The translations under genes and the position numbers were made by a program. Positions 12,893 through 26,446 of a DNA stretch of 64,000 bases are shown one piece after another (position 1 is the stretch's first letter; every line of letters begins with the position of its first letter). The stretch is from Paraspadella gotoi (Eukaryota; Animalia; Chaetognatha), in the NCBI GenBank assembly GCA_051294375.1, contig CM119268.1, forward strand, positions 5,331,313-5,395,312, given 5' to 3'. The notes beneath the pieces are model-generated. The model worked only from the letters and a program-made list of their open reading frames with translations, was not told the origin of the DNA and did no database searches.

Positions 12893-13993
12893 AAAAATAT
12901 ATATACGTATAAATTATTTTAACTTATTTATTTTTAAAAGTTATTTTTTGAACCAGAGATTTTTCATCCGTTTCGGAATTCAATAATATGTATTACAATT
13001 ATTATGTACTCGTTGATGTAATGTTATGCATGGGACGTATGTTCAATTGTTCATTAAAAAAAACAGCATTGTCTTTTTTTTATTGTTACAACACTGTATT
13101 CCTAAACGAGTGTGATTTGGTTGTTGTTACTTTTTCTAATTAGTTTTGCTCGCAGTTTTATCGTTTTATTGATTGTCTTTGTGGGCCAATTTGAATATGT
13201 AAAGACAGGTACTTGTTGATCATCTACAGCGAACACTAAGTTGGAGAGTTAAAAAGATTGAGATATGTTACAATATTTCTTTGGTGCCTCTGTATATGTA
13301 ATTAATAAAATTCTAGCTCTTTTCAAATTTTTTCAGCGTAACAATAATAGAAATTAAGTTTTATTTATATCCTTATAAATTCATTAATTTTTTTCCCTTT
13401 TTTTTCTGTTTTATGTTAGATGATATTTTAATGCCAAAAAGTGAAGAATAGGTCATTTTGAAAATTTACTAGTTTAAAGAATATTATTATAAATATATTG
13501 TGATTTCTGTTCGGATTGTTAGAGGGGGATTGTTGTGTAAATTTAGATTATGATCTTCACAGAATTTTCTCCATCAGGATCCCCTTAGGCTAAGAAAATA
13601 GTAAAATATTTCTTGTAATTCACAATTACACCACTACACCTTTGTAACATGACTCAAAATTTTGTTCTTCATTATAGTGAACATTCTTTCTTCGATTTGG
13701 GCGTTAATTTATTTTTTTCTATATTAACCAAAATTATCGGAATAGAGGCTGATCTAGTTATATACTAGTAGTTCGAAACACAAAAGCGTCATTTTTTTTG
13801 CCTCAAAAACCGACCGGGCTTTTTTTTCTCCGCCTTTTGTCTTTTTTAGGATTTGACGATTTGACGAAGTCATCGATCGCTGGTGAACGTCCTCGCGATG
13901 AACTAAAACTAAAAAGTTGAGAAAAAGAAACCCACCTTACTGACTTACCCCTTGACCCTTCTGCCCTCACCCCAATCCCCCCCCCCAAAAAAA

Positions 13994-16900
13994 ATGATCA
14001 AAACGGAACCGAAAGTGATTCCCCTTCCTTTTCCCTCCTCGTCGAAACCGGCGTCGACTCCAGGCGCTTCTTCCCCGATCGGCGCTGCCGCTCCCACCGC
14101 CGCTGCTTCCGGTGCAGCGCCGACGACGCCGTCGAAAAACGCGCAACTCAAGGCCAAAGTGAGCATGAGCACTTGAGCAGTGCTGGGGAGAGAGGAAGAG
14201 AGAGACGTGGTTTGGGGTGGGTGGTTAATTCGCAGGAAGATATTTTCTCGAAGTAATTGATGAATGAATGAATGAATGAATTGATTTAAATTCATTAACA
14301 TAAATTTTTAAGAGTGATATTACGTAGGTAATAGCTCTCTATGTTACTATTGTTAGAAAAAGATAGAGATGAAAAGAGATTAAAAAAATGAATTCTCTAA
14401 TTCGCTCTTTCAGGTAAAAAGCGTGGTTCTCTCTTCCTGGCGACAAAGATTGTCTCCCGTCAAATTCTCAATCGAACTGAAAAAGGCTTTTGCCGCCGCC
14501 GAAATCCCCCGCGGTTCCTCGGCTGCGGCGCCCTTCCCCGGCGACGCCGTAGATTTGGCCGATATAATCATCCGGCAGGTAAAGTTCCCGGCGGAAGGGG
14601 AGTGGAGTTTGGCTCACAGATTAAGAAATATGATAAAAATTTGCATGGGTAAGCTTCGCCACGTTAACTTGCATCGTATCGTATCTGAGTTTCTCTCATA
14701 CCTCCAAATTTTAACTTCTTTCCCCCTGCACCCCCACAACTTCGTCCACCACCCCCATCACCACCTTCAGGGCTTCATCGGGCCGGCGCCCAATCGCCTC
14801 CTCCTCTCTTACCTCGAGTTCTGCGTCGGTGGCGCCGTCGTCTCCTTCAAGTCCGTCCTCCGCCGCGCCCTCGTCCTCGCCGACGTCTCCAGACCAGAGT
14901 GTCTCAAGGTTGTGATCTTTATTTTTGTTCCTCCTTCGTTACGCCCTCGCTGATGTCTGATGTCTTTGTCGTGGTCTTCGTTGTCGTCCTTGCTGTGGTC
15001 TTTATGGGATCATTTTTTTGTGGTCTCGTTACGGTTACGATGACGTCTATACCTTCTCTCCTTTTACGTTTACTTTATAGTATTAGTATTACTATAAAGT
15101 AAACCTTAAAGCCTTTGAAAGGAGAAGAATAAGAATCATGAGCAGAAGCCAGCTTCCCAATTTCTCCATGGTTTCCTAACTTCACCCCCTTTCGTCTCGT
15201 TCTGCTAATTCTCCCACTCTTCTCCCTCCCCCTATCTGTCCCCCTCCCTTCTCCTCCCTCCTTCTCCTTCTCCCTTTCCCTTCTCCTATTCTCCTTCTCC
15301 CCCTCCCCTTCTCCCACCAGGCTCTCGTCTCTCTGCAGCCGACTCCTTCGCCTCATCCAAAAGTCTCACCTTCGCCGACTCTATCCAATTCTGCGTCGAC
15401 AACTGCGTCGTCCTCGCGGAGACTCTCGATTGGACTCTCGACGCCCTCAATCGTCTCGTGACGGACGACGCCGTCTCCGGTTCCGAGTCCAGCGTCGAGG
15501 CAGCCGAGGCTTGCGCGTCTCTCCTGCGCCGGTTCCTCGACGACCCGGCCCTCGAGTCGCTCGCCCGAGTGGGATTCTCCGCCTCGGCCTCCTCCAAATC
15601 TCGCGCCGCCGCCAACGTCGAGTCGCTTCGAAAAGCCAACGATGCGAATCAGTCCGTCGTCGGCAGACTCTCGGAGCTCCTGCCCGCGCTGCCCGGCCTG
15701 TGGACTCAGAGGGCCGAGCCCGCCGGGGCCGCTTTATCCACTCCGCTCGAGGGCAAGGCCCTCGGGTTGCCCGTCTCGGCTCTGGTCTCTCTCGAGGCCT
15801 CGCTTCACCCGGTCGTACCCGCCGACTCCTTCGCCCGTCGCCTGGCATCCCTGACGATCCTCTCTGGCGCCTCGAGAGAGAGGATCTTCTGCGAAGCCGT
15901 CCGCGCCGCCTTTCTCGGGTTGGTCGATGCTAAGGAGGGCGAGAAGGCGGTCGAAGAAAGGTGGGTGTGGTGTAAAAGTTCGTACAGGTGGTAATAATTG
16001 ATCAACGGAATCGGATGGTGAAGTCTGAAGATGCCCTTAACGTTCATAAGTCGTTTGATCTCTTCTGATTTCCCTTTTGCCCTTTCCTACCTTCCCCTTC
16101 CTCTATTTGTTCTTCTTCTCCGGCAGACGAATGGGCGAAGGTCACCGCGGCGCCAGCGAGGAAACGAAATGGTTAACCTTTATGCTGCTGAAGCTTCCGG
16201 AGGCGCTGCGCCTGACGCAGCGCCTGACGTTGGTGGAGACGGCCTCCACCTCAGTGGAGGAGGATGATGACGCCGCCTTCAAAGGCATCCTCCTCTGCCT
16301 CACATCCACGGCGCTTGTCGATCTCGTCGACGCCAAGACCGGCGTTGACTGCGCCGCTGCCTTGCTGCGCCAGTTGGCGGCGCCGCGGATCGGCTTGCTC
16401 ACCGAGGAACAGCGCCGGACGTTGCTGCTGCGGCGACACGGGGGAAACGAGTCGGCCGTCGTCGAGGCCTTGGGGAAGGAGGCGCATCCCCTCGTCAAGG
16501 TGAGGTGAAGACATAAAGAGCAGAGCATTGCCCATCTTTTCCCAGCAAATAGACTTGGTACCCTCAGTCGTTATTTAGTTAAGCCATTAACTCAGGTACC
16601 GGGCGCAATCCTAGCCCGGTAAGCGTGGTCGCTAGCTTCCAAGTTTTAAGGTTAATGGTTAAAGAAGTTACGGAAGTAAGCGACCTATCGACTTAGCGCC
16701 TTAAAATCTCTCTCTCTCACCCTGTAAAAATATTCTTCTTCTACCGTCGCGTCGCTAGCGTCGCTAGAGGAGTAGGTTTTATGGATTATTAATAAGTATT
16801 ATTATTCTCCTGATTTAAAATCGACATGATCTATATGTTCATCTTATCTTCAGGCGGAGCGCACCTGCGAACAGATCATCAACACGGTCTCCGTCGGATT

Positions 16901-19900
16901 AGCGGGAAACGAAGACCCTTTGCTCGGTGTCCTTTCTCACCTCAGCTTTGGAGACGGAATCAAGGTTTTTGTCTGTCTTTACATAACACACATTACATAA
17001 TACGGATTGCTTTATGTTAAAGTAAAACATCCCAAAAAACTAATAAACATTTCATATCAGTTTCCCGCCTTAGTTAATATATAATATATATTAGACACAT
17101 TTAAATCCGATTCTTTTAGATAGAAATCTCAGGAGAAGGCATTCTTTTTCCTTTTTTTCCGTTTTATCTGAATATATGACTTTTGTTAGACTTTTTTAAA
17201 TTCTTGGCCCTTCCCAGGAGCGCCAAAGTGCCACGAGCGTCAAAATTCACAAATATTCGTAGATTTTTGACAAGTTCTATTTAAATTTAATTTTTTAATA
17301 TAATTAGTTCATTCCTGACTAGAATATTGCATTGCAAGTTAGTTAATATATTAAAAAAATAGTTTTAGGCTGTATTATGTTTGAAAACTATTTTTACAAA
17401 CCGGAAAGTTACCAAAAAACAGCAAAAAATTAGTTCTAAAGATACAAAACTATTATTTTATTTCAAAAGTATAATTTAAATATTTTATTTAATTATTAGA
17501 TATAGTTTAATTATGCAGACGCACAAGCCTTTTTACTTAACTTTGACGTTTTAAAATGGCTGGATGAACTTTCATTGTATTTTATGTCAGATACCAAATC
17601 AATAATACCAATATATATTGTTTATAATAGAGAAATATAGTGTAAAGACATTACAAAAAATTAAATATAATTGTTGTTGTAAAGAACTTCATCTTTATTT
17701 CAAACTCAATTTAAAAAACCACGAAAAAAAAAAAATATGCAAAGACAAACAACAAAAAAAAGAGTGAATAAACAAAAAGTCAATCTCTTGAACCCTTGAA
17801 ACTTCTCTAAATTGTGGTGGTGGATGATCCCGACCACCACGGTCGCACAATGACTCCCCGGTCTCTACTCGCCGAGGAGACCTCTGGAAAAGCAATAAGC
17901 AACCAATGCCCTCTAATCACTGTAGCAACCAAATTTTTAAAATCAGACGGACAGGCCCTGCCTACCTTACCTGAAAAAGAGGGAACTGGCAGGTATTTAA
18001 AAGTCAATTGAAGTCGCACTAGATCTGTTCCTCACGGAAACATAACCTGACCAGTGACCCACATATAAACAGTTTAGTCGGTAAAGAAACTGAGGTTGAC
18101 TTGACCCTCTTATGACCCAATCTTATCGGTACTACCTTTATTTGTCCACGTAGGGGTGGCTATCTTTATGTTGAGCTCTCTTTATTAATTTTATGTTCTT
18201 ATTATTTCCCTTCTATCTCTTATCTATCCTTTTATTTTTTAATACAAAATTTTTTTATTAAATTGAAATTTAGTTATGTTAGTTACTATTACAGTTTTTA
18301 TAAATTTTTTCATAGTTAATATTTTCTACATTTATATTTAATAAATAGTTCTATTTTAAACAATTAAACTGAACCTAAACATTCTTTTTCCTTCATTTCC
18401 TATTCACTATCTCTCAATCTCAGTATTCCTAATAGTAATATACATCTTGAGATAAAAAAGCTGCCTGTTCCAGAAATCAGGAATCCGTATGTAATCAAAA
18501 ATGGACATAATAGTAAGTAATAAAAAATGATATCGAATGGGGGTCACCTAGATTGTAGCTTTAAAGCATTAAGAGAAATAAGTGTGTATATTGTCCATGT
18601 GGATTTTAAATGAGGATTGAGCTTTCCCTTCTGTCTGAAGCTGTCATTGTGGGTGACAACTTCTTCGAGAGAGGTCATAGTTGCCACAGGTAATAGAGGG
18701 CATTGGTTGCTTATTGCCTTTCCAGAGGTCTCCCTCTGTCTCAGCGAGCGGAGACGGGGGAGTCAATGTGCGGCCGTGGTGTGGTTGGATCATCCACCAC
18801 CATGATTTAGGAAGGTTCAAAGGTTCAAGAGATTGACTTTTTCTTTATTCACTTTTTATTTTTTTTTGTTTTTAAATTGAGTTTGAAATAAAGATGAAGA
18901 TGAACAACGATTACATTTTAATGTTTTTTTTTATAATGTCTTTACACCATATTTCTCTATTATAACAATATATATTGGTATTATTGATTTAGGTATCTGA
19001 CATTAAAATACAATGAAAGTTCATCAGTCATTTTAAACATCAAAGTTAAAGTAAAAAAGCTTTGCGCGTCTGCATAATTAAAACAATATCTAAAAACTAA
19101 ATAAAATATTTAAATTAAACTTTTGAAATAAATGATAAAAAAGAACATGTAACATATCTAACGAATTTTATAAAAGTATGGTTCGTAGCTTTAGAACTAA
19201 TTTTTTGCTGTTTTTGAGAACTTACGGTTTGTAAAAATAGTTTTCAACATAATAAGCACCTAAAACTATTTTTTAATATATTTACTAACTTGCAATGCAA
19301 TATTCTAGTCAGGAATGAACTAATTATATTATAAAATTAAATTTAAATAGAACTTGTTCAAGAAATCCACGAATATATGTAAATTTTGATGCTCGTGGCA
19401 CTTTGGCGCTCCTGGGAAGGGCCAAGAATTTTAAAAAGTCTAACAAAAGTCATATATTCAGATAAAACGGAAAAAAAGGAAAAGAATGCCGTTTTCCTGA
19501 GATTTCTATCTTAAAAAGAATCGGATTTAAATGTGTCTAATATATATATTATATTATATTATATGAGTATATAAAAGCATCCAAAACAACAACAACAACA
19601 ACGTTCCAATTTTCTCTTTTCCTTCTCTTATCCTCGACGATAGACCGTCCTTTCGGCGGCCGCCGCCACTTCCCGCCTTTCCACCCTAGTCTCGCAGCTG
19701 GTCTCCTTGAACGAGCAGTGCCGCGGCGGCCCCGAGGACCACGCGGCCTCCGCTTCCGTCGCCGTCGACCGCACTCTCCTCTACGACCTCTCATTCTCCG
19801 CCCTTTGTTACGTGCGCGCCCTCTTCGGTCGCGACGCCTTCTCGGAGTCCATCGACGCCGCCGCCAACGACCCCGCCCACTTTATCCGTTGGGCCGATGA

Positions 19901-22900
19901 TTTTTTCCCTTGTCCGTCGACGGCAAAGAACGTGGAGGCGACGACGACGACCCCGGACTCTCTGCTCCAACAGCTCGTCAGCTCCAACGGGGTGACGTTG
20001 ACGGCGCCGTCGCCGTCCCGCCTGTCCGACTTGGTGGACGCTACGCCTTTCGCCGTAAGGGAGTTGTTGACCGCCTGGGAGTCGGGGGCGGTGGGAGTCG
20101 ATCTCGTCATGTCTTGTTTGGAGAAGCTCAAGGTGGGAGGAGGATTTAATTGTTTTTCTCATTTTGATGTTGAATGTTTTTATGATTTTGCGTTTGATGT
20201 CTTCCGATGTTGATTAACGAAGACAAATTGACCGAATGAGGCGACTAATTTGTCAAGTCTAAGCTGGGACAAAATGGAAGCATTTTTGTCGGTTCGTCGG
20301 TCCCACCCCAACTGCTTGTCGGTATGACGCTTATATCTTGTCAGAACATCGAATTATGATAAATTAAAGAAAAAGATGTCCGTCCGTCCCCCCTTAGCTT
20401 TGAACGCCAATTACTCCTTAGTATATGGGGCAATTGACTTAAAATTAATGTATGTGGGTAGGAAAGTGTGTGATTGAGCCGGAAACCAAGTTTCGATGGA
20501 ATCGTCTGAGTGGAAATGAGTTTAAATGAAAAAAAAACAAACCTGTTTCACTAATTGATTAATGATTATGCTTTTTCTTTTTATATTAAATGTAAATGCA
20601 AGATGTTTTAATTAATCAAATAATTAATCAGTTAATTAGTCAATTCGTTAATTAATCAGTCAATTAATCAATCAATTTATCTATTAATTAATTATTAAAT
20701 TTATTTAACAATTAATCAATCAACCATCATCGTCGTCGTTGCTTTTATCTTGGTCAGTGGTGAAAAAACCTAAAAACAAATATGTCGATCAATTAATTTA
20801 TCAATTAATTACCGCTAATGATCGTGGGCAGATCCGGTATTGTTTGCTCAAACTCCGCCTTTGTCCCCTAATATCTCATCAACATCTCATCTCTTTCTGT
20901 CTCAATCGCTTGTCAGGCGTTCTCCTGCCTCCCTATCACCGCCGCCTGCTGGTTAATCGGATTCGCCGCCAGCCTCCCGGACGAGCGACGCGAGAAGCCA
21001 GTCTTCATGGTGCAACAACTTCTCTCCTTCGGCGCCACGCCTCCCGGGAATCTGCTCAAGGATTATTCCAAGTTCTACTCTGAGAGGACTAGGATCGCCC
21101 ATCAGGTTTATAAAAACTTTATACATATGTAATTAAATAATGATTCAAATTAATATTTTCTTTCGATAATACTGTAACTGATCATCACCTATAAAAGACT
21201 TTAAGCATCTCGAACTCCCTCTCTAGGTGCTCACTCTGCTTCATCGCGAATTGGTGGCGCCGCACGTTGCGGACTTTGACCCCGTTTCATCGACGGCGCC
21301 GTCAAAGGGAGAGGCGGCGTCGAAAGGCGCCGCGATAGTTTCGACGCCGGGAACCAACGCGAACGTCATGCGCGCGGTTTTTGCCGGTTAATATTTTTTT
21401 ATCGTTCTTAGTTCTTTAATATTAATCTAATGAGTAAACGAATTCGTATTTTCGTGTTTTCTTCCCAAACTCTCTTCGGTGTCTTTTCCTCATTCCTCAT
21501 TAAAGTTTCTCCATTACTTTCCCTCTCAAAATCTTTTCCCTTTTTCTTACCGAAATCTCATCCACGCCCTCTCTCCACCCCCCCCCAACCCCTCTTAGAT
21601 TGCCTCGATCGGGGTTGGCTTTCCATCCGCGGCGCCCACCAACTCGCTCGTCTCCTCGAGGTCAGCGGCGCCCGTTGGTTCTCCGCCGGCGTCGCTCGGA
21701 TCCTCCTCGAACAGTTTTACCAGAACGACCTCAACGCGACGGCCAATCTCCTCGCCGCGTGGTTTAGGCTGAGTCAGGTGTGAGAGGGAGACGCGAACAG
21801 ACGGAATGACGAATAGAGAGACTGAGAGGAAAGATAGATCTAATCTAGCCAGCGAGTCCCACGTCGAGTTGAACTAAGGTCTTTCGAGTTAGGACAAGAC
21901 AGTGATGGAGATTTGAAATTACTTCCAATTTCCATATTTTCCCCCCCCTTTCCCCCTTTCACCTATTTCCTCCCTTTTCTCTCTTTCCCTCTTCTTAAGG
22001 AGGATCTCACCGCCGCCTTGGTGGGCGTGGCCATACCCGAAATTCTAGACGCCGCTTCTCCCAGCGGCGGCGCCCCCGCCTCTTCCTCCGCCGGCGTTCA
22101 AAATCCTCACGCTCGCGCGTTGGCACGACTGTCTGTCGCCTGCCTCGTGGACGCTTTCTCTGATCGAGATTCTCTCCCTTCGTCCGCCCCTCGGAAACGC
22201 CCTTCCTTCTCCTCCGCCCTTCCACCGCCCCGCAAACGTCTCCGCCTCGAATCTGCCGATCAGCGAAATCTCCGCTCCTTTCTTGCCTCCGACGATTCCC
22301 CATTCTCCGACGAAGTCGACGCCGCAGCCGCCGCCGCCGCTGCAGCCGCCGAGACTCTCGACGTTAAGCCGGACATCAAGCCGGACATCAAGCCGGACGT
22401 CAAGCAGGAGGCGAAACCGAATCCGGCGAAGGAGATGGCGGATCCAATGATGTCGGCGTTGACGGCGTTGTTCGATTCCTTCGTCAGAGTCCTGGACGGC
22501 GGAACCATCGACTCTAGACTGCTCTTTGTACTCTCGTTTCTCGAAGAGGCGGCGAGAAGTGGGCAGGTTGGGTTTGTTGTCTTCTTTGGTTTTTGTAATT
22601 TTAGATTAGAGACACTCTCTAATAGAGAGTGTGGAATATAATACGTAATAAAATTATCATATTTTTTCTTTGGGAACCAAAGCTTTTTTAGGAGCCGTAG
22701 CTTCCTGAGTTTATACGCGCAGTCCGCTCAAAGGGCCGTGCCGGGGTCTCGTGGGCTTTCCGGGTCTATTTGTTTAAGTAATAAGTAATAAGTTTATAAT
22801 AGTACTTGCATAATTGGTAAGAAAATACTTATAAATAGTAATAACATGCTTCTAAATAATAAATTCGTTGTTACAGGCGCGCCGTATCCTCGCGCCGGCG

Positions 22901-23044
22901 CCGCTGCGTCTCTCGGCGAAACTTCTCGCCGCGGCGCCAAAGGAAATGTCTACGCAGAAGTTGATGGCGATGGGAGATCTGGCGTCGGAGGCGGGAAGGG
23001 CCGCCGCCGCCGTCTTGCTCCACGTCTATGGCGGCGCTTTATAA
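13994..23044 (+). CDS. MED24: Mediator of RNA polymerase II transcription subunit 24; exons approx. 13994-14158, 14414-14578, 14771-14908, 15321-15960, 16127-16499, 16854-16964, 19644-20132, 20917-21105, 21227-21386, 21599-21777, 22000-22566, 22877-23044
   Basis: Motifs SWRQRLS..FSIELKK, IGPAPNRLLLSYL, ETKWLTFMLLKLP, LSAAAATSRL, RTLLYDLSFSALC, KFYSER, DRGW, PHARALARL and PRKRP correspond to MED24/TRAP100; frame continuous across 11 introns. Confidence 0.85.
17091..19540. mobile_element. Foldback/long-TIR non-autonomous element in MED24 intron 6: arms approx. 17091-17929 and 18680-19540, spacer about 750 bp, inserted in a TA-rich tract
   Basis: TTAGACACATTTAAATCCGATTC at 17091 is the reverse complement of GAATCGGATTTAAATGTGTCTAA ending at 19540; the arms align throughout (e.g. 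GGCCCTTCCCAGGAGCGCCAAAGTGCCACGAGC; AGCAATAAGCAACCAATGCCCTCTA). No coding ORF. Confidence 0.85.
20375..20510 (+). mobile_element. HINE/DINE-1-like fragment in MED24 intron 7
   Basis: GATGTCCGTCCGTC microsatellite followed by GAACGC..ATTACTC..CAATTGACTTAAAATT..CCAAGTTTCGATGGAATCG. Confidence 0.35.
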
Positions 23045-23434
23045 AGGAGACGGCGGACGAGCAGTTTTGGGGATGAAATGGAGTCTTGAGAGGAAGCGCT
23101 CTTTGCTGACTTCTTACGTTAGACGATGTAAAAACTTTCTTTTGAACTCATTCGCCATTTTAAGTTTAAAAAAGAGAGATTGAAATGTAAACCTTATTTC
23201 TTTTTTCTTGTTTTTCGAATTTTACACGTTTACAACAATAAATTCTTTATTTACACATCGATGCGCGATTATTGTTATTTCAATTTTTCAACTTTAGAAC
23301 GTAGAGCCTGTTAGGTACTCGTGATCAATTCAACTTGTGGATCACGAAATCTATAATGCGCCAAAAACACAAGTAGCGCTAAAAACTACCATGTCGCATG
23401 TCGAGACGAATGTCAATGATCTCTAGACACCGCT

Positions 23435-26046
23435 ATGTCTCTCTTAATCTCTTCGCCCCTTCCCGTCTCAACCCCTCGACTCCGCCAACGTCCAACACCC
23501 CCTCCAACAGACGTCCTTCGCCTTTCGCCGACTCTCGAGTCGCCCGTCGACGTCCTCGACTGGGTCCTCGCCGTCGCCAGAAAGATTCGCGCCCTCCTGA
23601 GTCGCGCCCAATCGCTCGTCGGTGGCGTCGACGCCTCTTTCCTCAAATCCCACGATGCGCTCGAAGGCGCCGCCCATCTTTGCGACGCCGTCGAGGAGAC
23701 GGAGCGGCTCGTGTTTGGTCTGGAGGCTTTCCGTAGCGCCAAGGGATGGGCGGAGACGGCGGAAGTGAACGCGGAGGGCGATAATTCGGAAGTGGGACGG
23801 TGGGCGGAGGTTGGGAATAGAATCGTCAACATCGCCGTCGCCGCGTCTGAGATGGAGTTCTTATTTTCCTCTAGAGAGACGCGAATCAAAAGAGAGACCC
23901 TCGAGTCGCCGACGGACGACGCGTCCTCTTTCGGCGACGACGTGAAGCTCGATCCGGCGCTGTCGTCGCCTCAGGCTCCCGATCTCGTCGAAAACGAACG
24001 CCGAATCGCCGGTCGAGAAGCACGAACGCTTTCTCGCGGTCGCGACGGAGGATTAGACGGATATGCAACCGACTCGACCAATCCATGGCCCGTCGACGAC
24101 GACGACGACAACACCCTTCCATTCAACGCTCTCGTCTGCGACCTTTGCGGCGAGATCTTCGCGAGCGACGACGCCTTCCAGTCGCACAGGAAATCATCGC
24201 ACCTCGGAGAATTAAAAACTCGGCGCGGCAAGGCGCGCCGCGTTCGAAAGGGCACGGTGCGGCGAGCGAAGTCGGCATCAAATGCTGCAGTAGACACCGG
24301 GGAGGCAACTGCTGCTGCGGTCGCTGCTGCTGAAGAGAAAGACGGAGAATCCGATTCGAAAACAGAGGAAGATCCGGAAAAGACTTGTCAATTTTGCGGA
24401 AAGAAATTTCACAAGGGAACTTACGTTTTGGTGAGTCGAGGTGACGAGCCTCTTTTTAGATCGGTTTAGATATTTTTGAATCATTTTTGTCGAATGTCGA
24501 GTGTATTTGACCGAAGAAACTTAGTGCTAAGGTCCCTGTTGTGAAATAATATCCAAGTAACGTACACTTTAAAGTATACGTATTTATTTCTAAGGAACAC
24601 ATCAAGCGAGTTCACGAAAAACGCCCCCCTACCCACCCTTGCGACATTTGTGGACGGAAATACGCGTCCAATCAAGGGCTTCTTATTCACAAGGTAAGGC
24701 TTAATTCTGATCAGAATGTAATGGCCATGCCATGGAGTTTTTCTTCAACCTTTTCTTAATTCTTATACCATTTTTTTCCAATTTTATTCTTTTTTTTCTT
24801 TTTTTTTTCTTTTTCCAGTTTTTCCAATCTCTTCTAATTTTTTATGTCTTCTCCTTTCCCTCGATAGGAAGTCATGCACGACGTTCGCCGCCAACGAAAA
24901 CCAACCAAAGACTCTTCCTCCGCTTCCTCCGCTCTCCTCGACGGCGACTTTCGCTGCGCCCCTTGCGGCAAAGTCTTCAAACACCGCATGTCATACTCGT
25001 CCCACGTGAACCGATTCCACAGCGCCAACCCCCCAGCTTATTACCGCAACCTTAAGTTCGTCTGCCCTTTTTGCGGCGAGGAGCGCTCGGGCAAATACGG
25101 CTTGCAGAAGCACATCGAGACCGTCCACGAGCTCAAGAAGCACTCCAAGTGTCACATTTGCGGCAAGGAGTTTTCTAAGAAGCGTTCCGCCCAGGAGCAC
25201 ATCGACAGCGTCCACTTCAAGCTGAAAAAGCACTCCTGCGGGATTTGCGGGGCGGTGTTCGGGACGAACAGGTGAGTGGAGGGTAATGAGAAGGAAGAAA
25301 AAAGGGGGTTATAGATTCACACATTTTTAATCTGATGATGGTTTTTGATGTACTTCGTAATTCTGAAAATGGGGGGAAAGAGAGTGGGTTTAGTTTAACA
25401 ACAAAAATTTATTTTATATAAGTACGGAGTCGAGGAAACATTTGGCGTCGATTGACCCACCACTAATTGGGGCCTTCCAGTCAAATCCCTACTTTTAAAA
25501 ATGCAATCACAAACTGAAACTTTCAGGAATCGCGACTCTCACGTGCAACTGGTGCACCTTAACATCAGGAAACACAAATGTGAAACGTGCGCGCACTCGT
25601 TTAGCCGGAAAAAGCAGTTGGAGGTGCACGTGAAAAACGTGCACCAAGGAAGAGGCGCGACGGTGGGGATGGCCGAAGGCGCGGCGGTGCGTTGCGGGCG
25701 CAAAGAGAAGCGAATCGATCCTCGGTGAGGGGAGAGAGAGAGAGAGAGAGAGGAGGGAGGAGGGATTGGAGGGGATGGTGTAACTTCACTTATTTGTTTT
25801 TGTCTATTTTGTGGTAGGGCTATATTCAATTAGCCCCTTATGGAATACTTTATTGCATATTTTTTTAGCCCTGTCCCTGAAGCGAAATCGCTTGAGTTAC
25901 CTTTGTCTCTCGACGCTAGCGCCGCCATCTCAGTCAAAACGGCCGCCGCTGCCGCCAACTCCGTCACTACCGCCGCCACAGTCGCCGCCAACGGGGTCAT
26001 GACGCTTCTACCGTTGGGTTCGACTCTTGAGACTAAAAATTTATGA
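23435..26046 (+). CDS. C2H2 zinc-finger protein (about 8 fingers); exons approx. 23435-24430, 24595-24693, 24868-25271, 25527-25724, 25869-26046; start codon uncertain
   Basis: Repeated C-x2-C-x12-H-x3/4-H motifs (CDLCGE..HRKSSH, CQFCGK..HIKRVH, CDICGR, CAPCGK..HVNRFH, CPFCGE..HIETVH, CHICGK..HIDSVH, CGICGA, CETCAH..HVKNVH). Confidence 0.85.
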
Positions 26047-26446
26047 GTCTCTTGTGGTCGTTGACTTTGTTGTTGTTAGCCTATTCCACTTCTCGATCGG
26101 TGTCACAGAGAATCTTTTTTTTCCCTCGACTCGATCGTAATTTTTTACTTTGTTTTATTGATTGAAATTTTAGAAAAGAATTAAATGTTAATAAATCAAA
26201 TCTTGCTTATACGAATCACCGCCTTCTACCCGAGTTTCTAGATTACAAGTTTTGCTTATTTTTATGCCGACTTATCGGATCTTAAATTATTATTTAAATT
26301 TTTCTAGGAAAGAAATTCATATATTTTACATCGTTTCTCAAACATTTTTACACACCGTTAACGGCGTAGAGGATTTCATCCTCATTCCATCTCATCGTTC
26401 GACCCTTACCTATCATTACCTTAACAACACTCTCTGGGCGTCGAGG

